A stretch of DNA of 64,000 bases from Phoronis australis. Its lineage: Eukaryota; Animalia; Phoronida. Position 1 is the first letter of the stretch, and the number at the start of each line of letters is the position of its first letter. The position numbers were made by a program, and so were the translations under genes. The notes under the pieces were generated by a model. It made no database searches. It saw only the letters and a list, made by a program, of their open reading frames with translations, and was not told the origin of the DNA. The stretch is taken from positions 662,400 through 726,399 of the forward strand of contig NMRA01000151.1 of assembly GCA_002633005.1 (NCBI GenBank), given 5' to 3'. Below are positions 12,192-26,309 of the stretch, in pieces.

Positions 12192-15100
12192 AAAGTTGGT
12201 GGTCATTTCATTGTAATGAGACAATGGACTCTTGTTTTAACTTAATCTGAAGCTGTACATTTTTATTCGAATGTATTATTACTTTAATGTTACATTAAAG
12301 GCGTTAAAGTTGTAATGTTTGTTAATTTCCTGTTTCTCTTTCTTGATTGGTGAGCAAGACTTATCTGTGACATTGTAAGCTATAGGCACAGGTGTTTGTA
12401 CTACTAGACTACCTTAAGTTTTATATTAAATTGAGGTGTATTTTGTACAGTTGTATATGTAGTCTTATCAGTTGTGGGGTTTTTTTGGCTGCTTTTTTTC
12501 TTTATGCTTCGTTAATTTCAGAACAATGAAGTTACAGGCTCCTACCACATGAAGCTAGAATGATTCAAAAGGTGCCGAGAGAAGCTGTTGGACCATGCGG
12601 CGCCGCAGAGGCTGACAATCATGACAGGTCACCTACCTTCAGTCATCAATTGGATTGTAAATTACCGGGTTGTTGTTAAACACTTCGATATTTGGAATGT
12701 AGCTAATGGTAGGGTGATATACAAAAAAGTTTACGAAATGTTTCTCGTTGAAAATTTACAATTTCTGGTGGATTGCCATTATTTTTGTCTGACTTCCATT
12801 CAAAGTTTTCGGTTTAACTTAATGAAGCTATTCAAATTTGGCAAGATTCATCAACTGTTTTTGATAACTACTGTAACCACACTTTATATGAGGTGTGCCG
12901 CAGTAAATTTTCAAGCGAGGGGGCGGTATTCGAAATGTTCAACAGTACGTTTGTTATTAACACTCATGGTACCTTTAGCTGAAATACTCTGTTGCGTTCA
13001 TCAGCACGGAACACAATTGTCTTGGCTTGTAGCATGCACGCACCCAGTGGAGGGTCGAGCGAGCCCCCCCCCCCTCCCCTCCCATTTGGCGAAGTGGGCA
13101 AAAAGGTCCGCCTCAGAGAAACAAAAAAACGAAAAAGTAGAAACCAGAAAAAAATCCACTAAAAAGGCAGGAACTGCCAAAATTCGGCGAATGTACAATT
13201 CATAGCTCTGAAAGTATCCCGTTTTCTTAGTGAAAGGTCCACATTCTGAAAAATTCGAGCCCCCCCCCCATTTTTAGCAGGTGTAGCTGTGTAGAATATG
13301 CAGCACGCAGTTACATCTTTACTAAAATAAAATAGATCCGAATTACTACATGTATAATGTAACCCAACGTAAACCCTTGCTTAAAAAGAGGGGTTTTCTT
13401 GAAAGTAGGCTACCTGGTCAAACGGTTCTCTTATAAGCCAGCCTGAGAAGTATTGTTAGATATCTGTACTGGTCCAGACCACAAATTTCATGCTGAAGAA
13501 ACTGCCCTGAGAATTTATGCTGGTTAAAAAATAAGCTTAGTCCCTGTTTTGTTTTACGATGAAGTCTTGTATGTTTTTTGCTGTGACACTTTTAAGAACA
13601 AGCAATGCTAGCATAATTCCAGACAATACCCAGATCAAATATGACTAGACTGGCTGCTCCGTCATTAGACAGCGCTTCCATTTCTTTGATTTCATGAGTA
13701 AAGAAATACATCACATGTTTGACTGTCATTACCAATGTTTTAGACTATATTTTTGAGAGGTGTAGAGATAGCAATGCCAGAGTGTTCGGAGTCCCAGTAC
13801 TGAAAATTGGTGAAAGGCTTTTGTGTATGGCATTTTGGTTATCAGATTTATAAAGATGATTAACCCTATGATGTACTTAGTTCTTATATTGAAGCTTTGT
13901 AACATGTTTTCAATCCAACGACTACATGTATGAACATTGTTACGTTGCTTTTCTCATAATATATTTGACTTCCAGTAAAACTGTTGCTGTCCATAGAAAG
14001 CATCAGTGTGAGAAGACTCTCTTTAGAGGGGGATAGAAGGTACCTGTATGGGTCGTCAGTCTATTCGCACCCCAATATTGTCCAAATTGTAAGAATTCCA
14101 ACACTACTCTCGAACTTTTACACTTTACATTTTCTTGGCATTTTTTGTGTGAGTGAAGCAAGCACTCCCTCCCCATTGCCCACTTCCTACACTTGTGCAG
14201 ACCACCAGTGCTTACTTTTTGCATTTTATATACCATGTCATGAACATCCAAAGCTATTGAATACTGGAGCTTTTGCGTTGAGACTCAGTATGTTGCTATG
14301 TCGTGCTACAGTTGATGACTCGCTGAATTGCAGTAGAAATCGCTAAATCGGATCCACTGGCACCGAGAGATTTCGACCAAGTCGGCGACATCTGACTTAT
14401 TTGAAGGCATTACGAAGGAATAACTGCAAAACGTTTTACGAAACTTTGTCCGGTTTTTGGTGATATAGCTGTGGATGCCTAACGGACATACGCAAGGTGG
14501 ATGCACGGGGATGAGGGCAGAATGTGTGTGTTCGTGTGTGTTTTTGTGTCTGTGTGCGTGCGTGCGAGCTTGTTGGGTGTTTGCATCTGACGTGAAATCT
14601 GAATGGGTTAGAAATCTTTAACGGAATCCACGTCTTGAAATCTAAAAACGTTGGTGCAACGACTAATTAACACGGCCCTTTGTATTCGTCTGGCTCTAAT
14701 GTAGCCAGTAACTTTGAGTTTTAGTGAGATAGCGTAGGGAACATCGGGTGACCAATTGTTGTTGCAAGCAGGAGAATTCCACTGACTATATTTACTATGT
14801 ACTTGTCGGACTATGCAACTGTAATTGTGGTAGGGGTAACCGAATTGTGTTCGTCAAACTTAATACGCGCAGGAACGGTAGGAAGGAGAAATACTGCAAC
14901 ATGAGGCTGAGGATAACTGCACTCACTTATATTTATTGTTATACTACTGTCCACAACAAGGCTATTTCATCTTATTGTTGATTTGGAGCGAAATCAAGGT
15001 GATCTGTCAAATATTCTTGAAGAAAAGAGGTATTTTCTAAAGTAGATTATTCGGGGTCATTTTTTTAAACTTACATCAGAAGAACTGCACAACTGATGAT

Positions 15101-16394
15101 CGAGTTCAGTAGAATTTCAACACACTCCAAAGTTAAAAAGCTTTTATTTACGTTTTAAAACAGACCACCTCAATAAAAAGCCGGTTAAAATCGCAGGTGA
15201 ATCACAACACACACTCGAATGCCCACACACATGTTGAAAACATTACAACGAAAGGACAAAAGGTAGACATGTGATTTCCTTTTAAGATAATGAAGTTACA
15301 TTTCAAGCCCCATACAGCGCCAAACACTCTAAATACAAAATGGCGTCTCGGACGCGCCATACAACTGTGTGTATTATGCAATACTGGAAATAGAACACGA
15401 GTGTTCAGAAAGCGTCACCTTGGTGTTCACAATACCATACGTGTGTTCTGGTTGCACGACATGAGTTCTACTCATAAAGCTAGAATATAATTAGCAAGAT
15501 ACAATGGCAACATAATTTGCCAACATTGGAACGTTTTCTGCCGATAAAAATACACATACGCGATTGATATCACATTCATTTCCAAATAAATTTAAACGAA
15601 GTGTTAGTATCCCAGTACTCCCGTACACACTAGATATTGATATAAAAATGGTGTAGCCTGCCTATTAATTTATTGTTTATTGCATCAAATACGTACAAAA
15701 ACATGCTTTTACGGGAAGATTCAACGCCGCTAATTTAACTTATTTCCGTGAAACCGATGTGTAAGTATTCCAACAACTTCGTGCCTGTAGACATGGGGAG
15801 GTGTCACGGATGTAATCCCAACCTTCACTGGCATTTGAGAATTTTCAACTGACGTAAATTGTCGCGTTCGACATGTCAAATTATATCTAACTGGTTTACC
15901 TGCGTTTTCATCTTCACCACACGCGTAGACGGGGAAGGAACCGTGGGTAGGGGGAAGAGTTGGTGATGAGGAACAGAATAACCGATTACGATTGAGGAAG
16001 AACTGTTAACGTGGAGAGGTCGTTGAAGAGCAAGCAACAGGTCTATTAATCATAAGTGTTGCATCCCCGTTTCACTAGCTGGTTGCAGGTCTGACTACCT
16101 CAGGTGTGCATGTATGTCTACATGGGCTTTGATTTAAAGGTCGCGTCAAATAGTCTACTTAAAAAAGTGCAAGAACATTTAGAAGCTATACTCATTGAGG
16201 AGAACTTCAAAAACTTACTCGTACAAGAACCAAGGCAAAAAAAGTAATAACAGCAGAGAGCTTCAAAATTGATTCACTTCCTTTTAGTAATTGCCAAACA
16301 GTTACCAGTGAAAACTTGACAAAGTTGAAACTTATTTTCGTGAACATCAAAATAAAACGTTAAAGTGAAGGCCTTTAGATGAGAGAAATGGAGA

Positions 16395-16727
16395 TTAAGC
16401 AGGATTCATTCTTTTATCAACCCATTCCAGTTCCCAATTAAGAATAGCTTTTCGTTGTTCCACATCCTTCGCCTCTTGTGCGAGCACCGTTTTTGGTTTC
16501 ACCTCCTCCAGGTCTTTCGGATCTCCCAATTCGTACGGCGTGAGAGCAGGCCTTGCCTTTTTAGGACAAACAGTACCAGCCCAGATCTCAGCAGAGTTGA
16601 CGATGGAGCTCATGATCATGTTCACTTTGATCTCGTATGCTCTTTTGTTTGTCGACTTCATCTTAGAAATCGTGGGAGATAAGTAGATCTTGATCACGTC
16701 GACATTTTTATTGTAGGTCATCATAAT
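16395..16727 (-). CDS. Multi-Hedge-domain gene, terminal coding exon (visible exon 13)
   Basis: atttcaatttcag acceptor, phase 0; IMMTYNKNVDVIKIYL...WVDKRMNPA*; 333 nt ending in TAA. Confidence 0.75.
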   Translation of the reverse strand: MMMTYNKNVDVIKIYLSPTISKMKSTNKRAYEIKVNMIMSSIVNSAEIWAGTVCPKKARPALTPYELGDPKDLEEVKPKTVLAQEAKDVEQRKAILNWELEWVDKRMNPA

Positions 16728-17578
16728 CTGAAATTGAAATTTTTATATTTTTGTGCCATTAGTATTTTGTTTCTGATAAAGTACTGAACTGCAGTGAAAA
16801 GTTGAATCATTCATTCAACTCAGTACCGTCGTTACTACAGGGCCCACTAGGGCACGTGCCCGGGAGCTCCATGACTACAGGGCACCCACGCCGATCTACG
16901 CTATAGTAAAAAAGTCAAATAATACCAGTCTTATGGGCTGTGTGAAGTACTGTATGTTCTACCTCAGTATTGCTTTTCATGAATTCCCAAGCCTATTGTC
17001 GGATTATGTTATGAAAAATGTAGTGTTTTGAAATTGAAACATATAAAAGGGCAAAAATCGTCCGTGCTCTAAATTTCATAAATAAATCAAGAAAATTCAA
17101 GTTTAGTTTGGATTTCATGTTTCTTTAATTAATAACATCACGCGTCTAGATCATTTTCGTGATTGAGTCGAATTCTTACCCTATGCTATTCAGAAGATTG
17201 TGGCTCTCAAGAGTGCATTTAAAAACACAAAGACTTCTCTATAATGATCGTGCCAAAGTCGAACCTATGTTCCATGCGTTTCCCTTTTTTCAATTTTCAT
17301 GTACGTTTTCAGCCGTTGTTCGTTCTCTAACCTATTTCATTTGCGTTTTGCTACTGACAAAATGCGGTTAGATTCTTGATTAAATGTCACCGACATAACC
17401 GTCTGTTTGTATTTCTTGTACAATCTCATCTCATGAGTCGGTGATGGTTGCATCACCTTCGTATTGATCTATCTGAAATGCGCTCTCTGTTTCGCATAAC
17501 GAAACAAAAAACAAATCAAAAGTGGCAAGAGTTTTGTCAACAACTCACCAAATGTGACGGTTTCCAGCCTCAACTTAC

Positions 17579-17766
17579 CTTTAACAGCTTTTTCATGATC
17601 CCCAGGTCTCCGTACTTTTCAATAAATACAGTCACGTTTCCTTTAGCATTCACGGCTAACATTTGATTTATCATTTCCAGAAGTGGCGACGGGTTTTTCT
17701 CACCGAACAGTTCAACCTCAACACTCCTATCCTTATCCGGCTTGTACCGCCCACGGACACTTGGAG
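17579..17766 (-). CDS. Multi-Hedge-domain gene, visible exon 12 (ADP-ribosyl-cyclase-like region)
   Basis: aaatttcag / gtaagt, phase 1 to 0; APSVRGRYKP...NPSPLLEMINQMLAVNAKGNVTVFIEKYGDLGIMKKLLK. Confidence 0.75.
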
Positions 17767-18559
17767 CTGAAATTTGGTAACAAGTTAAGCTGAACACATC
17801 TCATTTTGCATGAGTATCATCTGAAGGAAAGGGGGACTTTAAAAACAGACTGTAAATGACACTTTTATGGTTTTGTTATATTTTGGCTACAAAAAAGTAT
17901 TGTGGATAATTCTCCCTAGTTTACTTCTTGACCATATTCGGAATTCAGTTATAGTCAGACTCCAAAATCAAAACGCGAGTGTCGCTGACACTATACACGA
18001 GTCTACACGATTTCATCCATCATCTTGATATCGATTTTCACAAATTCGCTTTCTTTCTGATACAACGTATGCTCAATTTTAGTGCACGTTTGGGAATGCC
18101 GATGATACATCTAAAAATTCCCAAGAACTTAACAGCATAATCTCAGCGAGTAATAATTTCAACCACAGCATCGTGTTCATATGCGTCCACCGTGCGCAGC
18201 GGGTTCAGGGCAGATACAGAGGATAGTCGTTATTATAAATATTCCTATTAAATGGAGTAAGGTTAGTTGACTTGATAGCCTCTAGAGAGTGAAACAGTAG
18301 TCAGAAATACTCTTCTTAACAGGAACACGCCTTCAATATGTCATCGTCATTCTTTGGGGACACGGAAACAGACGACAAAGAATATATAAAGGAAAGACAA
18401 AAACTCCACTAGGAAACGCAGCTTAAGCAAACAGGGCAGATGTTGTCGGCTACGTGATTTTGACTTATTTTCCAACATTCATGATCAGCCATCAAAGAAC
18501 TTGAAAGACATCAAGATAATACGAAAAAAATTGCAACTAGGGGACTCAACAGCATCAGG

Positions 18560-19340
18560 ATCTGTCTCAAAATCCCTGTCATGTAGGCCTACTTATCCTT
18601 GATAAAAAACGCACACAAATTCAATATCGAGTCATCGAGGATTGGAACGTATTTGGCAAACTTTCAGGAAAGTCAGTCAAATAATAAGCAGAAAATAAAA
18701 TTGACACTGAGGTGCACAATTGATATCGGATTAGTCCGAAAGTCGTCTTCACCCGTTGTCACGTTCATGAGAGTACACTTGCCGATTCAACAAAGATCCT
18801 GAAAAGGGTGTAGGAGATAAAGCCAGGGACGTAAGTGGCGCCACAATAGTTGTAGCCGTGCCCAAACCATTGTCGGCTGAGCTAATCACGGTTCAGAGAA
18901 ACACACAATGCGCCAATTTCCGTGATGTTACTTGCTTTGAGGTTTGGCCGGTAAAGAGGTGGACGCCAAAAAAATTGACTCGAAAACAGCAAAAAGGCCA
19001 CAATGTCAAGCACAATCCGTTGAATCCATTCGAAAACGGGAGCGAGTGCCGTCTCCTTAATAGGTACCTATTTCCTAAATTCCATGAAAATCCGTCAAAG
19101 AGCTCCGAAGATACAGAAACAAATGTAAAAATTGCCACTAGGGGAGTAGTTGTCTTATCCGCACAAAAATTTGCTGATGACGTCCTATCTATGATAAAAA
19201 CATGTTAAAAGATTTTCATGAAAATCCATCATCCATCCAGGGGCTTCGGAGATACCCAATCGGAAGCCCGGAGAAGGAGGAATGAGCGCCGGATGGACTG
19301 GTAAACGTACGCACAGGGGTGATGGAACAATGTGCCCACA
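18560..19340. mobile_element. Probable HINE/Helentron-type (pearl-like) non-autonomous element with decayed core repeats
   Basis: Repeated (T)CATGAAAATCC(G/A)TC...GAGATAC cores at about 19080 and 19215; a similar motif recurs at about 62910; boundaries uncertain. Confidence 0.35.
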
Positions 19341-19594
19341 TAAATATATTGTGGATGTATAACAATCGGTTCGTGATTGATAATTTTCAATTTTCACCTT
19401 GAAATTCCATGAGAGCTGTAGATATTCCTAGATTTGCACTTGCAGTAGAATAGGCATGGAATGTCAACTCCCACACGTGACCCATGCATACTAGTGTTAG
19501 AGCATGCTACATTCATATTTCACAGGATTGACCGCGAGAGTTTTACCGTCAATTTCCGGTTGTCAGCTCGACTGAAATTTGATGGTAATCAGAA

Positions 19595-21320
19595 ACTGCC
19601 TACACGTGTCGTTGCATCATGAAGGACTGTGACAAGCACGTACAGTGTAAGCTTGAAGATCGACCAACACGACTGTCATCCAAGAACGAATGTCGAGTCC
19701 TAGGTTTTGGATACCAGATAAGACGTTTGATTATTTATGATTAATAGACAGAAGTTATCCTTACAGAGGGCGCTATCGTAGTTACTCTTCATTATTGTTA
19801 GTGAATCGCAAAGCATAGATGTTTTTTATACTGAACGCACAGTCAACTTCTGACGAAGGGTTTCATTATTCTGCACTTTGGTAACACTCAATGTTTTTTG
19901 GATTAAAAAGTATTTAGTATTTTGAAGCCAGTCAGATATGTAAAATGATCATTATTTATGAATTAAATGATTTATCATTTTCTTCTAGTTTAAAAAACAA
20001 CATCAAGAGCTGATTTAGGGTTTTTAATGATATGAAACTTACGGCAACGGATGAGTTTTGTAACGTCTCAAGTGACAATAACGAAGTTGGCTATTGTTAA
20101 AATATGTATTCGTTTTTGTTGTCCCAGGTACACGATTTTTGAATCGTATTAGAACTTAGGTGGTGCTTGATCATATTGATGTATTTTTAGGAAACTATTT
20201 TAATGCGTCTAGATGGCTTCCCGAGTCGCGAAATCGCAAGCAGGTGATCCTCCGTTTGACAATACTTGGGTCCATTAGTCCGTAAGATATTTCAGAAAAG
20301 TAGATCAAATTTATTCGGAATACGTTTTCAGTGATCACATTTCTAAACTTTTCTTTCAATTGGTGTTTTTGCTCAACTTTCATGCCCACTTAAGATTAGT
20401 GTGTATTCTATGCTCGAGTACACAATGGCTTGCGTAAATAACTCTAATCCTATTTTGTACTTAATGACCCAGGCATTAACGCTAAAAGTTCGAGTATGAA
20501 CTCGAAATTTTAAGATTTTGCTTGAAATGTCGAGTTTTACTCGAGTTTGTAGCTCAAATCTAAATCATTCATATACATGAGCCATAATGTGCTCGACCAC
20601 AAACTAAGACTCACTTAATACCTCGAGTTCGCATGAAATTGGAACAGAAAATGCCAAAAATAATATCGAGTTCCAGAGTGGGATCCAGAATTTTGAGAAA
20701 GTGGGGAGGCAGGCCACAGTATTAGCCAGGATTTTGCCCGTCAAACACTCGCACCCCCGAACTGCCAAATGGAATCTGGGCGAATTTTATGGGCCCATGG
20801 CTCCCTTTCCCCCCNCCCCCCCCCCCACAATCTGTCACTGAGTTCATATGCAAACAACTTCCACGCTCGCGCCGTGCAATCTCAGTTGCGCGAGATCAAA
20901 ATTGGCATTTCAGTTCTACAGTTCTGTGCTACACAGATGTATATACATGTATCGCTAATGTCAGATGATTGACTGTGGGTTTGTTTAAAAGGTAGCTATG
21001 CTTTGAGATTGTGCGTAGATGGAGAGTGAATAATCAAATCCAGTAATTAATTTAATATATGATAACCCGTAATTAGACAAATGAAACCTATTGTTAATTA
21101 AGTAATCAACTACAAAGAGTACTACGCTAGCGCCCTCTTTAAAGATTACTTTAATCAAACAACCAAAACGATCAAATGTCTTATCTGCTATCCAAGCTAG
21201 GACTCTCCACTTGTTGGATGTCTGTCCTGTTGGTGAATCTTCGAACTACACACACTGTATAGCGACAGTGTACTTGCTGGTCACCGTCTCTGGTGATGCA
21301 ACACTTGCAGGCAATTTCTT
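19595..21320. repeat. Pair of diverged ~200-bp inverted repeat copies (about 19595-19790 and 21115-21320)
   Basis: GAGTCCTAGGTTTTGGATACCAGATAAGACGTTTGAT...AGAGGGCGCTATCGTAGTTACTCTT is the reverse complement of AAGAGTACTACGCTAGCGCCCTCT...ATCAAATGTCTTATCTGCTATCCAAGCTAGGACTC. Confidence 0.7.
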
Positions 21321-23356
21321 CTACCCGCGATTCTTCTTGCTGGTCACAGTCTCTTGCTGATGACCCAACACTGCAGGTAGTATCTTACTACCCACAATGC
21401 AAGTGACAAGCTCTTAGTTAACTTCCTGTTCGTTAAGGTGGCACTGAATAGTTAGGTTGTGGCCGCGGTCAATTTGCACTGCCAAAATGTTAAAATCTAG
21501 GACTAGGCCAGACTTGGGGGCATTTTTAGTTAGGTATTGTGTGTAGGCCAAGTGAATGTTTTTTTTTTGTATTTGTGGACATCCTGGGAATGAAAAAAGG
21601 CCAGTTTCTTGGCAGTAGCTGCACTTTTCTTCAAGATGGTGGCCCCCTGTTGCAGTTGTGCATTGCTGTGTAGCAACTGAGAAATTGGCCGCGATTTCAG
21701 GTAGCCCTCAAACAAGCCAGATTTGCAAAAAAAAAGTAGTTGGTTGACAGTATTTTTGGATCACATTTTTGGAATCGGTAGGAAATTTGCTTTCGGAATC
21801 TAATGTTGGCTTTAGTCGAGCATCGGCAGGAAAGTGGTGATTTTGGGGTGAAACGTGCCGATTTTGCATTTTTTTTTGCCCTCATTTTTCTTAGTTCAGC
21901 TTGGTTTCCACTGGGAGTGAATGGTCAAAAATACAAGAGAGAATAAAGTTTCTGTGCTCATCTGTAGGGCTTGTGATGCGAAATGACTCAAAACATTTCC
22001 TTATTTGCATGTAGTTTTTGACAAAGTGAAGAAAGGGTGAAGAGTGCATTGACGTGTGTTCTGACAGGCAAACCCCTGTGAGAACTGTTCTGTGCCTACT
22101 TAACCCTTGCCCTTGCTTAGATCCTTTCTAGAATCTTCCACGAGATGGCTCTGTCGTACAATTGCTTCTGTACACCGTAGCAAGTCTTTATGCTTCAACT
22201 ACTATAGCGCATCTAATTATCTTGTTGATTACAGCCCATAATATAACATTCTACTTATTTAGTGATTGGCTAATAAAAACCACATGATCATATCCACTCG
22301 TATTATTGGCTGTTACAATTTGTTCTCAGAATATTCTAGAATCTCTAGAGTACTTTGACCCCAGAACCCAAAGTTGTAAACACCATCTGAAAATAGATTT
22401 TGACGTTAAAATACATGTAAACAAGTCTGACCCCATGATTCAAAAGTACATATGCACAAAGTTTTGGGCAACTTTAAATGGATCTATTCTTACTAATTAC
22501 TTAATCAATATTTATTCTGACAGCTAGGTTGTGCCTCGAATTTATTTTCAAGGTCGGACGACCCAGTAATCTGCCTTAGTTACCCACGTTTTCGCTATGT
22601 CCGCCTCAGATTCATCTGTCATACAGTCAGGCAGCCCTCGATACAGGGAAAAGTACCAGCCTTAACGGGTCATGTAGCACGGCCTTTGAGAACCATCGGT
22701 TTAGTTGATGCTTTGGGATGGAATCATTTGTTTTTTTTTCTTTAATAGGCCTACAGCTGACGCCCCTCGGGCGATAATTCTCCAAAATCCAATCGGGTTC
22801 TAGATAACGGGAGATAACGACTTCGCCATGTAATAATCTATATAAATTACACATGACAAAACCATGGGCGGTCTGAAATTCAATGACAACGGGAAAAAAC
22901 TCCTCCGTTGGTTCCATTTTTGCAGTTTGTAGTTTGCAATTTCGGTTTGACCTACATGGTATAACGCATCGTGGGCTTCATGTAAATTGCAAATTATCAC
23001 TATAATCGGAACACCGAAGCCAATATCAGCTAACTTCATGAATATTATGAAAGTTTCCGTATTCAAACTACCCACCACTATTCACCGATGACATAAATTC
23101 ATAATGAAGCGGTGTTTTTGCAATCTACTTGCTATTTTAAAAGTAACCTGCATGTTTTCAAATAATACGACGAAAAAAGCCCACGCGTTCCTTAACTTTG
23201 TTCGCAGCACTCTCGTAGGCAAGAATGCAACTTGTTTATCAGGCAATACAAACGATGACAATGCAAGAAAAAATAGATTTCTAATATTACTTCGACCTAA
23301 TCGCTTTCCTGCGAATCTACACTGCACACGTTTGAGTTAAAAAAGTATTAACTTAC

Positions 23357-23560
23357 CGAAAATGCCAAACAATTCTGTTTTTTCCACACACAGGAATTTT
23401 TTGTCGTCACAGGCAAACGAACTGACACTGTCGATGGCTGATTCAGTATTCATGTTGTATATGCTCAACTTGTCTAGATTCCCGAATGGGTTGCCAGAGT
23501 TGTTCTTGTAAAAGTTCAAGACGGTCATACAGTTCTCTACTTTCCTTGTCCAAACTGGCC
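23357..23560 (-). CDS. Multi-Hedge-domain gene, visible exon 11
   Basis: catcattccag / gtaagt, phase 1 to 1; PVWTRKVENCMTVLNFY...DKLSIYN...FACDDKKFLCVEKTELFGIF. Confidence 0.75.
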
Positions 23561-25917
23561 CTGGAATGATGTAAATATAACAATGATAACAGTATTTCAG
23601 TATTAGGATAGCTTATTGTTAAAACTGGACGCCGTTATGAGACACCCGTTCCCAGTGGTGTTCAACTTCCAATTCAAAAGTCATTCCGCATAAATTATGC
23701 AAGTAAATAAATGATTTAAAGGATATGCAGGACCTTAATTTTTAATTTTACAATGGTTTACATAGTGTTGAAAGATGCAGCGGAGAACAGACATAAGCTA
23801 GTTTTGATACTGAGGGAGTTGTGTGCCTGCAAACATACGACCGCTGGTGACGAATGCACCGAGTCGTCGCAAGGCACCTTGCACTTGTTCACGAACACGG
23901 CAAGCTGTGAAAAACAGCTAAATCCTCAACCAAATTCATCGGTAATTTGACATTTGACTGTTTCGGTCGTGCTCACGGCGTGCTTTAACTACAGACTTCA
24001 TTTATATTGTCCACAAGGTAGTTAGTTTCTTGATATCAGTCTCCTCGGCGTGTGGTTCATGCGTTGTGTATCACAATGAACTGTTGACTACCTGTTGGCT
24101 CCGCCTCTGAGATAGTTTGATTAGATGCATTAAAACTAGACTTACAAAACTAGTGATAACTACATGTAAGTTAATAACGAACTGAAACTTCAGTTGTTAT
24201 TGCAATGAATGTTGAAATAATGACCATGCTTATGGCGGGTGTTCAACATAACAAGTTTTCATCGAATAATTAAGCGATAGCTTTGAGATTTTGACAACTC
24301 GTTACGTTTTCAGCTTTTTCTCGGCTTCCGCACATTTAGGACCTACATTCGGCAAACCGACCTACTTGAACCTTAGGAACGCGATTTCACTGAAACTTAT
24401 TTATTTACCTCAAAAACTCTGTTGGGATTTTTAAACGCCTAGTATTATTGTACCGTGCCGTAGACGAATACCTTACGTTTTGCAAGTTAATTTGGCCTAG
24501 GAACTAAGCTAAATGAGTAATCTAAATTATTATCAGGATTTTTGAGAGGTATCGGCGAGTTTTCATTTAAATAAGGTTTCATTAAACCGACTAAGGTGGT
24601 GTAGAGCTATAAATGTGGCCACGTTACAGTAACAAAGACACTTAAGTATCAAGCGTATAACCCTGTTCTTTCTTCTTTCAGAAAATATCAACTTTTACTA
24701 GTTGAAACAGACTAGTTTTCTGCTAATTGACTTTGAATCGACGCTTTTCATTAAGGCCCTACATAACCTTAACGACAAAATTTAATGATGAATGGTGTCA
24801 ATTAAATTATTTAGGTACATAATTTGCTCAAGTAAATAACTATTTTACGCCTTTAATAGTAATCATTAATAAGAAACGTCACCGTGGTAATGATCATGTC
24901 TTGCATTCAACAATGCAACACACCTTAATACCAGTGACCAATACAATAAAGAGTTACGAATGTTCCATTGCCAGGCATATAGTGGTTGTCTCAGGGTTGA
25001 AGAACAACATGGGTTTTTATGTCACTCGAGCCATATATTTCATTCCATTGACTTGACACATGAGCACAAAGTATGGCTTCTTATTATCTGTTATGCGTTT
25101 TATTTTTCTAAGACTCGTCGTTTTCAGTGATTTTCAGACGACCGTTGTTGCATTGACCGATCATTTCTCGCTTTCAGTTCATGTCGATTGACCCCAGTCT
25201 CAGACCAATGCTACTCACATGTGCTGGCTTTTCTTACAATTTTTCCAAACGGCGGCTTTCAAAAAAAATTGACGAAATATGGAATGAGCGAACGTCATGA
25301 TAGTTTCAAACATTGCTGGGTTATAAAACAATCATCCTCTGTTCTGTTCATTTTTCCAGCAGAAGAATTAGCAACCCAAAATTTGTCGATAAAAAGTCAA
25401 CCTTCAAAACGGAGACTTCGACGTCTGTTTCCCCTTCCGCTAGGTTAAGATCTCGAGGGTCGGTCTCGTTTCGAAATCAACCAATGGTATTCAAGTACAA
25501 AATAGGTCATTAGGCTAACAGTGGACATCTTTTCACAAATTACGATATCAACTTATGGCAGTAAACTCAGCCACAGGATGGCGTCGAAAACAAGGCATGT
25601 GTGTGGAAAATGTTGGAAACTTTGCATATACTGCCGACTTTTTTCTTCAAATGGCTCTTTCTGTTTTGGTGAGGAACTGATACTGTATTTTGCTTCATTC
25701 AGATCTTGCAATTTGCAATATTTGGGCTAAATTGTGTTCCACGGTTGAACGTGTTCAATTGGCCCCAGTTGTGCAAGCTTTTGTTTCTTTATCGATTTCA
25801 ATTCGTCACAAACGTTTGAGAAAGAGAGATTAAGTAATATGTTTATTAACTAATATAACAAATTAGTGATCGAAATATATAATAAAAGAAAACGCATTAG
25901 GATACCCCACGCACATA

Positions 25918-26047
25918 GGAATATTACTGTCATATCCTATCGAGAATTCATTTCATCTGGGAATGTCCCAACCAGACCGAAGGTGGAGTTGAGACATCCC
26001 CATGTGAAATGAATTCACAATGCTACGGGGAATATGAGTAGTATTGT
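25918..26047. repeat. Imperfect hairpin (palindromic MITE-like) with central ACCGAAGGT
   Basis: GAATTCATTTCATCTGGGAATGTCCCAAC...GTTGAGACATCCCCATGTGAAATGAATTC. Confidence 0.65.
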
Positions 26048-26309
26048 TTGGAATCTTTATTTTAACTTTATTCCAATGATTGCAAAACGTAAAAATGACG
26101 TTATATAAAACCATCGCTATTTGATCGGGCTACGAAACTTGTGAACTGCATTTCAACAAGAGAGTGTAAAAAGTGAGAGTAAAAATGGGTGGAAAATTTG
26201 TTGCGAAACGTAGAAAGAGACGGCACATCTTGGAACTTGCGTTAGGCGAGAGGTTCAACTAAAATTGTAAGTCCCATTTGGGAAGTGAGGTCAATCAGCC
26301 TGGCGTGTC

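Noticed and set aside
12588-13205. 205-aa ORF
   Set aside because: Non-ATG start, no recognisable motif, runs into a poly-C MITE-like end
22627-23078. Additional host exon(s) (MEPTEEFF... / GQTEIANY...)
   Set aside because: The phase-1 reading hits a stop and the other frames are phase-incompatible; 23357 splices cleanly to 17766 without them
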